Source: an uncultured Methanosarcinales archaeon
GTDB lineage: Archaea; Nanobdellota; Nanobdellia; Woesearchaeales; UBA12501
Length of the DNA stretch: 39,282 nucleotides
NCBI GenBank assembly: GCA_964397315.1
Contig: CAYNHV010000011.1
Coordinates: 1 to 39,282, forward strand
Reading direction: 5' to 3'
A model generated the notes under the pieces. The model had not been told where the DNA came from, made no database searches, and was given only the letters and a program-made list of their open reading frames with translations. The position numbers were made by a program, and so were the translations under genes. Shown here piece by piece: positions 22,001-29,176 of this stretch. How positions within the stretch are numbered: position 1 is the stretch's first letter; each line of letters begins with the position of its first letter.

Positions 22001-25000
22001 ATAATGCCCTATGTTGCTTGACAGAGTGTATCTCAGGTAATCATCCTTCTCTTTTGTGAAATCCTTGTGCTTGAGGGGCTCCCATGATGAGGTGTTATAG
22101 TTCCACACACTCAGGTTTGTGTAATAATTTGTTGCCTTGTACCCCCGCCCCTCCCAATAGAGGTCAAGGGTGTCTATGTCTGAGGCTGACTCATTAAGGA
22201 CAAGGAGGTATGTCTGAGCATTAACAAAGTCGCCTTTCTCACAGAAGGGGGGCCTGTCTGTCTGCTCATAGACATCATCAAGGGAGGAGAGCCTGGCCAG
22301 TTCGCTGCTGTTCATGGCCGCGCCAAGGCTTCCTGATGACACATTAGGCCTTGAGGGTGATGACCAGTTGGTATACCCTTTCTTATAGCCTGCATTATTA
22401 CTGCTTGCGTTCATGACATAGGTCTCCACTGACTCAAGAGTATCCAGGTAAAGATAGTTGTCATGGCTTGTCCAGTTCCTGCCGCCGTCATCACTTGTGA
22501 CTATGGCTTTTATCTTGTAAAAATCCTCTGCAATGCCCACTATGTTCCAGTCGCAGCTGTATGGCGAGGCAGTGTCAATGCACGCCACTCTTCCTGCGAC
22601 CCCATCCATGGTATAGTAGAATGTCACATTCTTTACTGTGTTGTCAGAGTCAGATGCTGTTGCATTAAGCTTGACATACTTCGGAGATGAAGGGTCGTCC
22701 ACCTTGAATGTCCTGCCGTCAAGATTACTGGTCAGGCTTATCCTGGGCCTTGCTGATGTTTTTGTCTCCCTGAACATGATATCCATATCCTCCCCTGAGA
22801 AAGTGCTATGGTCCTCCCATATGTGGTATATTCCTGTGCTGTAGGAGTCAATGTCAGGGTAAAAAGTTCCTCCTGTGCTCTCATCGCTTATTACACCCAA
22901 GCTTGTAAGGACATTATTTGGGTCAATTACAGAGTATGCGCTGCTGAAGAACGTGCAGTAAGGGAATCTGTCAGATGTCAAGTCGCAACTGCCCTCTGCA
23001 TCAGACCATTCCAAAAGGGCATAATCGCCGTTTGTGCCGTACTCTGCTATGGACGGATTGAGGGACATGCGATTGCTGTTTTCGCTTATCATCCTTATTT
23101 CAGACCATGCTGTGCTGTTCTTCTCCCTGTAGAGGATGTCATGATCCTCAAGCATGTCCGCCCTGAACTGTTCTGCTGTCCTGGTGGTGTTGTATATCTT
23201 CACCTCGTCTATGCTGCCGTTCGTGATGTTGTGATATTCTCCCACTGTTATGTTGTACATTGCTCCGATAAGAAACCTGCTGTACGAGTCATTTATGGCA
23301 ACAGGGTCATTGTTGTCAGGGTATGAAGAGTTGGGAGGGATTGGGATCTTCTCTCCGTCAATTGAAAATAGAACCTCCCTGTTTCCGCTGGCATTATTGA
23401 CATCCCAGCTTATTCCAAGATGAAACCAATCATCCTGGTTCAGGTTAGCAGTGGGTATTGATTCTGCATAAAGGTCAGAATTCTTGTCCCTGAACTGGAT
23501 CAGGAGATGGTAGAATCCGCCGTACCTTTTGAAGTATATTGTCATGGAATTGTCGCTTCTCGGAACGATTCCGAACCCGCTGTAGAACAGGACATTTGTG
23601 CTGTTGTAGTCAGAATTCGGGTCAAAATATGGCTTGACCCACATTGATATAGCTCCCTTGCTTATGTTGAGGTTTGACACTGCAGAATAATTCAGGTGGG
23701 ACTTTTCCTTTACATTAGATGCCAGGTATGGGGGGCCAGTATAGCCTGCAGCAACAGGAGCGTCATTTAGTATTGAGGAGTTGAATGTGTAATTGTTTCC
23801 CCTGCCGTTTGCTGTCCAAACCTCGCCTCCCTCAGCAGCATAATGGCACGTTCCTCCGTTGTTTGAAGCAACTGATGAGCAGTCAGTGGAGTGGCCTTCC
23901 TCAACAAAGACTGTGGCATAAGCATCAGATCCGCATCCCAGGATCGGCGTGTTATCATCCTGGTAAAGCCAGAGCCTCGTGAAATTGTTGTCTCCTGTTA
24001 CCCCGCCCCCAAGGCCGTGGCCGTCATGCTCAACCTTCCTTATCAGGTTTCCTGAGCTGTCATAGTAAAGCACGCAGTCATCAAAATCAATGCCATTATA
24101 ATTCAGGGGGGATAATGACGCCCTGAAATAAGTCACATCAGAGATATTAACTGCAGCTTGTGTGTGGTAAAATTCAGAGCTATGGCTGTTCCCCTCTGTT
24201 CCCTGCACTGAGCTGATGCCTGAATATGCCGCATCATTGGATCCTGCTGAATAATCTGCAGAGTAATTATTGTCAAAGGACTCATAGAAGACAAGGCCCT
24301 TGTCAGGGTAATTCGCATTGTCCGCCCATACCACCCTTGTCATGTTGCTGTCCTCTGATATAATGCGGGGCCTTTTTGGAAAGTAGCTTGAGATGGTCTG
24401 CCGGTTATAATAATCATGATAAGAGAATATGTTATGGCTGGCATTGCTCACATTAGTTTCATCATGCCAGTGCCCTGAGAAGTTCTTTCTCTCATAATGT
24501 ATCCAGCTCATGTTATGGTTGTCAGGAGAGAATTCCTCCCACACAACCTCTGCTGTCTTGTTAACATTAACCGCAATGTCAGGCATGTAGGCGAGGAATG
24601 TGCCGTTGCTCACAAGCTCAGGCTCTGACCAGCCAGTGCTGTTCCTCATCATGTACATCACGCTTAAAGAGCTCCTGTTGTGCAGCTGGTTGTACACGAG
24701 ATGGACATTGTTGGAGGAGTCAGCAGCCACCCTTGGATAATATGAAAGATTGTTTCCTGAGGTGAGCCTCTTGATATTGGATATTTTTGTCTTGTTGGTT
24801 ATATTGAGATAGAATAGGCTCCTGTTTCCTGCATGGGATTTTATCACCCCAGCAGACCTTATTGTGTCAGACAGCATGACCTCATCTATTCTTACTTTAG
24901 ACCAGAGGGTGTTTCCTCCAAACCTTAAGGTATCAACCCTAAATGAAGAATTAAGCGCCAGGGTGTTTGAGCCTGCATGATAGCCGTCTATGTAAATATT

Positions 25001-25939
25001 AAATTCTGATGAGTTTACGTCTGTCATATTGTAAGTAAGGGCCAAATGATGCCATTCGTTTCCTCTGAATGGATATATGTATGATGGCTCTGAAGAAACA
25101 ACCCTTGTTCCTGTTATGATTGAACTTATTGACGGCTGATGATACCCTCCAACCACAATACCAAAGAAATCTGAAGTTTTGCTGCTGTTGTAAGCCTTGA
25201 AGATAATCTCTCTACCATAATAAGTCTTTCTCTGGATGTCCTTCCCAAGATTGAACCACATCTCTATCGTGCCTATTGTATTGTTAAAGTTGCCATCTGA
25301 GCTGAACTCTATGTAGCCGTCGCTGCCTTCAAAAAGCAGGCTCTTGTTTGAGAGCGCGTTAGAGGTAAGGGATGTGCCGCTTCCTGTAGAAGTGGAGGAA
25401 GAGCTTCCCCCTGCATGGCTTACAAGAGAAGATGAAGATTCGCCATCAAAAGGAGCCAGAAATGTGGTGTGGCTGTCTGCTGAAAGCTGTTCAGGAATGA
25501 TGAGAGAGCTCCACACAACATGGCTGACATTGTCTGAGTCCACGGCAATATGCGGATGGGTGGAGCTGGTCATGCTGCTGTTGGTGAGAATCTCTGCTCC
25601 GCCAACCATCTCATTGTCCACAAGAGATGGGGTTGACCATGAGCCGTTCTCCCTGTAATTATAGAATATGTCCCTGTCAGGCCCGTTATCCCTTGATATG
25701 GTTGTCTCTGACCTGCCGAGTGTTGAGGAGGCAAAGTCTGTGTCATCCTCCCACACCGCATATACAATGCCGTCAGTGCCGACAGCAATAGAAGGCATGT
25801 GAGAGTCTCCGTGGCTTTCCCTGCTGACAATCTCTGACAGGAGAACAGAGGCGCCGCTAACGCAGAGAGCGCAGACAGAAATCAACAGGAGTAGAAGGAG
25901 AGTCAAAACAAGCGGGTTCCTGCCTTTTATCTCAACCAA
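16043..25939 (-). CDS. Giant (~3300 aa) secreted mosaic surface protein/adhesin: propeller-like repeats, two LamG-like domains, Ig/FN3-like domains, parallel beta-helix (NosD/PbH1) repeats
   Basis: Signal peptide (LVLTLLLLLLISVCALCVSG). LamG motifs GTIEMWF..WHHLALTY..IDEV and GAISMWVKP..GSIDEVKIYN. Many GIYL..S.N.TI.NN repeats and many N-x-S/T sequons. Probable TTG start at 25939 after GGAGTGA; the track starts at 25987. Confidence 0.88.
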   Translation of the reverse strand: MVEIKGRNPLVLTLLLLLLISVCALCVSGASVLLSEIVSRESHGDSHMPSIAVGTDGIVYAVWEDDTDFASSTLGRSETTISRDNGPDRDIFYNYRENGSWSTPSLVDNEMVGGAEILTNSSMTSSTHPHIAVDSDNVSHVVWSSLIIPEQLSADSHTTFLAPFDGESSSSLVSHAGGSSSSTSTGSGTSLTSNALSNKSLLFEGSDGYIEFSSDGNFNNTIGTIEMWFNLGKDIQRKTYYGREIIFKAYNSSKTSDFFGIVVGGYHQPSISSIITGTRVVSSEPSYIYPFRGNEWHHLALTYNMTDVNSSEFNIYIDGYHAGSNTLALNSSFRVDTLRFGGNTLWSKVRIDEVMLSDTIRSAGVIKSHAGNRSLFYLNITNKTKISNIKRLTSGNNLSYYPRVAADSSNNVHLVYNQLHNRSSLSVMYMMRNSTGWSEPELVSNGTFLAYMPDIAVNVNKTAEVVWEEFSPDNHNMSWIHYERKNFSGHWHDETNVSNASHNIFSYHDYYNRQTISSYFPKRPRIISEDSNMTRVVWADNANYPDKGLVFYESFDNNYSADYSAGSNDAAYSGISSVQGTEGNSHSSEFYHTQAAVNISDVTYFRASLSPLNYNGIDFDDCVLYYDSSGNLIRKVEHDGHGLGGGVTGDNNFTRLWLYQDDNTPILGCGSDAYATVFVEEGHSTDCSSVASNNGGTCHYAAEGGEVWTANGRGNNYTFNSSILNDAPVAAGYTGPPYLASNVKEKSHLNYSAVSNLNISKGAISMWVKPYFDPNSDYNSTNVLFYSGFGIVPRSDNSMTIYFKRYGGFYHLLIQFRDKNSDLYAESIPTANLNQDDWFHLGISWDVNNASGNREVLFSIDGEKIPIPPNSSYPDNNDPVAINDSYSRFLIGAMYNITVGEYHNITNGSIDEVKIYNTTRTAEQFRADMLEDHDILYREKNSTAWSEIRMISENSNRMSLNPSIAEYGTNGDYALLEWSDAEGSCDLTSDRFPYCTFFSSAYSVIDPNNVLTSLGVISDESTGGTFYPDIDSYSTGIYHIWEDHSTFSGEDMDIMFRETKTSARPRISLTSNLDGRTFKVDDPSSPKYVKLNATASDSDNTVKNVTFYYTMDGVAGRVACIDTASPYSCDWNIVGIAEDFYKIKAIVTSDDGGRNWTSHDNYLYLDTLESVETYVMNASSNNAGYKKGYTNWSSPSRPNVSSGSLGAAMNSSELARLSSLDDVYEQTDRPPFCEKGDFVNAQTYLLVLNESASDIDTLDLYWEGRGYKATNYYTNLSVWNYNTSSWEPLKHKDFTKEKDDYLRYTLSSNIGHYVSSNNSVYILVETQDIHEYSTCSIFLSVGAGCPIYSSWNGTDFVYETDGLLGLLNRRMESATYDRLSRLKPEKGLATVRVSEILPEVLYLNHAELIRVGHPDDVIVYLDSNGTPRTISNDSMMGVRCVDSRGSDCTGLVEKADEAPQTPQTIFNSGLVSSRSATDNPPVDYNGSAWVSDINSLDLGKDTHDYLYITLPEPEQVEGTESPEKGKLVIKGSETGLMSFSVYSLFALGKESLPVIYSAIDNTFLGSMMEEKILDSASITVQVLDEKGEWVDYSEGGHTGDGYMGDGRGILGPYSTLVMPLNMSLVRGNRLRLRMTAFAYMIDFIGIDYSDDAEVSVETYKPRRGSLSALDSSRITVSQGEHIDIRFDVDEGETEAGREEGTYFLSTSGYYHPFESLVPGSADRSPDSSNQHPPGIMDIMKAFYSTPAYGLMYADSGYAKKQLIKAYLDTDFSTIISDAEMFMNETRKQYNDSHAQDRTAEYGSLVKEHAGQDEIKKHNTLYSDFVKVTVSTCVVPTNNMEITSDTTFCRGTYYVPDYDYTLGIDQVGILQIKGSNLTVDCNKSTFIGGGDERFGKQKGAGVAIGVNFSSNVVVKNCNITGYEYAIAMNKSNNVTVKDNYMIYNDVGIGGEGTNNSHVYNNTVEESGLAAYALIGGSFNNTVENNTAINSFSGVALETAHNNTIYNNNISAAGRRLGKAIVGIALFGQSRYNHIDMNFVNNTPLGAGLGDAGKFLEGFTGGYGGMWNNFSRNTLNNTAGGLGLLFPYTEDYYNYFEQSNTVNGEPVYYYLNQHGTPSDYIQIKNLDLRMGNVTPYRNVNVFYASSLFMGKITLVNSSYVNITNNTLANNFYGLFMLNSSNITVSNNRLKNTTDLMNLYSSMGEYTGAGAMIRSSEDITFFNNTAENNLFGFLATNNSRGINFTANTAKNDTIIGFGARKLIDSYFINNNASNDTSYGIYLDNSSGITLSGNHVSKNKYGIYIRRTGGEYTNNTIIENSIAGLVFYKHATELSGNTIENNTGSGVLIWNVTSGSYDHITAFNNTKGIYILNSRNISLLSPNVTRNEYGIFINGSNNVNITNLYSENNSRQQVYFKNSRGNRIIDSVMINNVSECDFNSTSKSHNYVLNTTFNRSATCYGDAFSNLSVQWHLDFYVEENESALVGESIPIKDVDITVWPEGYNTDISTLYTNKHGYAFFNVSEYREDTSGREYFSNYTWNITRVGYNFSPGQINAYITETNMTDNKHFNISMILAGGIEDTNPPTNPVVVDGANYIDIDWFSSRSTLSASWYNSTDRHLIFYNYRILENGTCIKGYCAETSVNMNTSVTVNGLNLTEGMNYTFAVRARDTLYWFTPLIFSDGAVADFTKPNITVNSTTHPNQSMWYNNPNATFTFYGNDSLSGVAGYSYTLDQNAGTGPDLIAEEKAEETLKSIKNDGYSTVLKTNGTGEAFAVFSEVDANISAGDNITLTFQLSEDTSDTIDTMSATAYLVDTTEGIRGYQKTPPLASARTTISRDITHKPYSSADTYSVTLTASKAAQGFYAVIEGQDADDNNTHNLSIAGSDRESDIDNSTEVHVCGETSGCTNLTGVAEYAIEVKRKKNNTLWEKTYYNLDNGAHYFHVRAVDRAGNWGNPAHYKIQVDAVAGAPSFELIKPKGYVVSTNPTLAVRTNEYATCYYNTTGSGYTKMTSYDGLYHEKDLNLSEGTFTYGFNCTDRSGNSAYNSTSFVIDPSAEPDRVEIWPMANYTAGKTISVNVNVTKEYNGVYYGLGEISSGFSANLTNSSDTYGVSVDVTDKGGGVYQLKFRAPLVAGTYTLWVEVDDARDSEGFKVNSYSLTMKYSGTLARAVERERMVYGKVEDEYITGVASDTDPVSLTGSTGLLQLKYSAAQGNGFIFITSPIADVGSKSSYLNEGAFLDLDNPSFGQPVKEEEHVVSTILSYNDLHIIGDDRVQAGRYSIIIKNSGINTSSGKPKITISII

Positions 25940-26210
25940 ATGAATCACTCCTTTTTTAACAATAAAATCTAACACACCCCGTGACACACTCTATATCATG
26001 GAGTGCTGCTTCCAGAGCACTGCAAAAAAGCCCTGCGCTAGCGGCCTGAAAAGGGGCTTAAAAGGGACATTCCTCCCTGAGCGCTCAATACCCCTCTTCA
26101 AATCCTCTAAACGCTTAAAGAGAGCGGCTGTATATATAAAATTTGTGATTTGATGGAGACTTTCTGAGATTATAAGGTATCTCATTTAAAGTTCTTTAAG
26201 CATATGAGTA

Positions 26211-26600
26211 CTACAAAATTGAGTCTCCTCTAAATATTGTGATTAATCCAGACCTGACCTCCAGAACGGCGTTACTCCGTTCACGCGCAGGCGGGATTTC
26301 ACTGCGCTCAATCCCACGAAATTGAGCATCTTCTAAGTGTTTTGGTTAATCCAGACTTAACCACCACCCCAGTCGCACTTACATCTGGATAAAGCCCGCC
26401 ACCCGCCCCCTTGCATATGCTTAGAGCACCAACTCCAACAGAGCGCTTTAAGCAAATTACTGGGTGGGCTTATCTATGCCAGGAGTGGGGAGTTGTGTGG
26501 AGACAGAAGGAGAAAGCCTGCTAGATGGTTCTGCAGAAAGGGTGGGGGGTACCATGAATCATAATAATAAACAAGAAACCACTCTAAGAGGTGGAATCTG
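26211..26600 (-). repeat. Inverted copy of the dispersed structured non-coding element
   Basis: The reverse complement aligns colinearly with ~33190-33560 (ctcctggcatagataagcccaccca, tgcttaaagcgctctg, ttatccagatgtaagtgcgac, tctggattaaccaaaacacttaga, gggattgagcgcag). Confidence 0.9.
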
Positions 26601-26772
26601 GAGCTGTAAAAAATTAAAAAAATCAGCCTCCCAGGGGAAACGCTAGAATCATAAATATAAACCTATATTCCTGAGATCATCAGAATTCACCAGGTTAATA
26701 TATGCCTCCACTAAAAATATTTAAATATGCACAGGCACAAACATATTAAAGGTATATGTTAAGGGGGATAAA

Positions 26773-28989
26773 GTGGTTAAGAAAAAGCCATCTCAGGAGA
26801 TCTATGATGCCTTGATAATAGGCGCGGGACCTGCAGGAAGTGAGATGGCATTCCGTCTTGCAAAGGCAGGGTTCAAAGTGGCTGTGCTTGAGAAGGACAG
26901 GCTTGACAGGGAAAAGCCCTGCGGAGGGGGGATACAGCTCAAGGAGCTTCTTGAGTTCGGAAGCCTGCCTGAAAGGGTTATTGAAAGAAAGATCAGGAAA
27001 GCAAGAATCTACTCTCCTTATAACAGCATGATTGAGACAGGCATGAAGAACAGCGGGCATAATAAACAGAAAAGCCTGTTTGCCGCAACAGTCAGGAGAG
27101 GGGTGTATGACAGGCACCTTCAGGAAAAAGCTGTTAAGGCAGGGGCACGGTTTCTTGAAAAGAGGAATGTCACAGGCATAAGAAGAGAGAAAGGCCTCCT
27201 CATGGTTAAGGCTGGAAAAGAGACTTTTCCTGCAAGGCTTGCTGTTGACGCAGCAGGAGCAGCTTCCAACATAACAAGAATGCTTGGCATAAAAGACAGG
27301 GCAGGAGAGCTCTGCCTGACAACAGAGGCCTGGCTCAGGGTGAAGGACATTGACAGCATGTTCAGGGATTCCATAGAATTCTATTTTCTCAGGAGCCTTC
27401 CTGAAGGGTATGCATGGATATTCCCGAAAAAAGATGTGGTGTCTGTAGGGATTGGAGCCACTGCAGATTCCCTGAAGAAGAACAAGATAAATCTTGCAAA
27501 ATCTCTTAATGATTTCATCAGTAAGCACCCTGTCGCATCCAAAAAGCTCAGGAACAGCAGGATTGTCAGGAAAGGCGGGGGAATGGTGCCCACAGGGATC
27601 TCGCCCAGGCTTTACTCTGGCTCGGCAGTAGTGGTCGGCGACGCCGGAGGATTTGCCAACATCATACATGGAGGGGGGATATACCAGGCAAGGAAATCAG
27701 CAGCGATCGCCTCGCAGCACTGCATAAGGTTTCTCAGGACAGGCAGGCAGGAGCACCTGCAAGAGTATGACAGGAGAGCAAGAGAATTCTTCAATGATTA
27801 TGAGACAAAATGGGACAGGAGGATAAGGAATGTTATGTGGAACCAGGATGCAATGGAAGCTTTTGTCAAAAAGGGAAAGGAGGATGAAAGCATAAAAAAA
27901 GCCCTTGGCATTGTGCTTACATCAGCAAGATCCCATGAGAAAGCATACAACATAATGGAGAGCAGGATGCTTGACATAATATATTCAGAGATGGACAGCA
28001 GGACAGGAAAGCACAAGAAAGCGATAAACAGGAAGCTCAAAAGCCTGTTTCCCGGCAGTGAAACAATACACAAACAGGCCAACCACATCCTGCTGAATGA
28101 CAGGGCCAAACGGCTGAGGGCCTGCCTGGGAATATTATCATCAGGAATCTTTGGCGGGAACCGGGATGATGCAGTGAATTTCTCTCTTGTCTTTGAGCTG
28201 TTCCACACAGCATCGCTTGTCCATGATGACATAATGGACGGCTCGGAAAAGAGAAGAGGCAGGAGAACCCTGCACTCAAGATACGGCGTAAACAATGCAA
28301 TAATAACAGGGGACTTAATGCTCTCAAAAGCCTACTCGCTGATATCAGAATTCTCAAGAAAAGGCGGGCTTCCGAGGGAAAGGATAATGGCTCTGCTTGA
28401 CGCAGCAGGAGATGCAGGGGAGAAATGCTGCAGGGGCCAGTCAATGGACCTACAGATGGCAGGCAAAAGGAAGTACAGCGACATTAATGAATACCTTAAG
28501 ATGATAGAGCTTAAGACAGGCTCGCTCATAGAAGGCTCTGTAAAAGGGGGCGCGATTGTTGCAGGAGCGTCAAAAAAACACATCAGGACAGCTGGAGATT
28601 TTGGGAGATACCTGGGCATGGCTTTCCAGATAATAGATGACTCCCTTGACCTTTTAGGAGGAAGAAGAGCTGAGAAGTCGGTGATGAATGATCTCAGGGA
28701 GGGAAAGGCAACACCAATGATAATCCATGCTCTTGCAAATGCAGGGCCTCAGGACAGGAAGGCTGTTATGCGCGCTGCAGGAAAGAGAGGCATAACAAGG
28801 AAAGAGGCGGGAAGAGTCCTGGGCATCTACAGGAAATATGGGGCCATACATTTCACCCAGAAGCTTAGCAGGAAGTACATAAACAAGGCAAGGAAAAGCC
28901 TGGCCATGCTTCCTGCCTGCAGGCAGAGGGACGAGCTGGAGGGGATACTTTCAATACTCGGTTACTGGAGCATCCTGGGAAGCGAATGA
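26773..28989 (+). CDS. Fusion of geranylgeranyl reductase family flavoprotein and trans-polyprenyl diphosphate synthase
   Basis: N-terminal part: IIGAGPAG, KPCGGG, PEGYAWIFP, GDAGG, GGGIYQA. C-terminal part: KRLR, HTASLVHDDIMD..RRG, GQSMD, KTG, FQIIDDSLD. Confidence 0.93.
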   Translation: MVKKKPSQEIYDALIIGAGPAGSEMAFRLAKAGFKVAVLEKDRLDREKPCGGGIQLKELLEFGSLPERVIERKIRKARIYSPYNSMIETGMKNSGHNKQKSLFAATVRRGVYDRHLQEKAVKAGARFLEKRNVTGIRREKGLLMVKAGKETFPARLAVDAAGAASNITRMLGIKDRAGELCLTTEAWLRVKDIDSMFRDSIEFYFLRSLPEGYAWIFPKKDVVSVGIGATADSLKKNKINLAKSLNDFISKHPVASKKLRNSRIVRKGGGMVPTGISPRLYSGSAVVVGDAGGFANIIHGGGIYQARKSAAIASQHCIRFLRTGRQEHLQEYDRRAREFFNDYETKWDRRIRNVMWNQDAMEAFVKKGKEDESIKKALGIVLTSARSHEKAYNIMESRMLDIIYSEMDSRTGKHKKAINRKLKSLFPGSETIHKQANHILLNDRAKRLRACLGILSSGIFGGNRDDAVNFSLVFELFHTASLVHDDIMDGSEKRRGRRTLHSRYGVNNAIITGDLMLSKAYSLISEFSRKGGLPRERIMALLDAAGDAGEKCCRGQSMDLQMAGKRKYSDINEYLKMIELKTGSLIEGSVKGGAIVAGASKKHIRTAGDFGRYLGMAFQIIDDSLDLLGGRRAEKSVMNDLREGKATPMIIHALANAGPQDRKAVMRAAGKRGITRKEAGRVLGIYRKYGAIHFTQKLSRKYINKARKSLAMLPACRQRDELEGILSILGYWSILGSE

Positions 28990-29176
28990 TGTTATGCAAA
29001 AAGGAAAGATATGCAAGAGGGAAGAGCGGGATAGGCAATAGAGCAATGATTGCAGATCAGAGAAATCCGGGCAAGAGCGCCTGTTGTCAGAAAACTTTAT
29101 ATATAAAAGAGCATATTTAAAGCCTGTATCAGTGCTGATCAGCTGCCCAAGAGGGCAGTAAAAAAGGTGTGAATTG

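Noticed and set aside
26746..27669. 307-aa minus-strand ORF
   Set aside because: Antisense shadow of the reductase domain.
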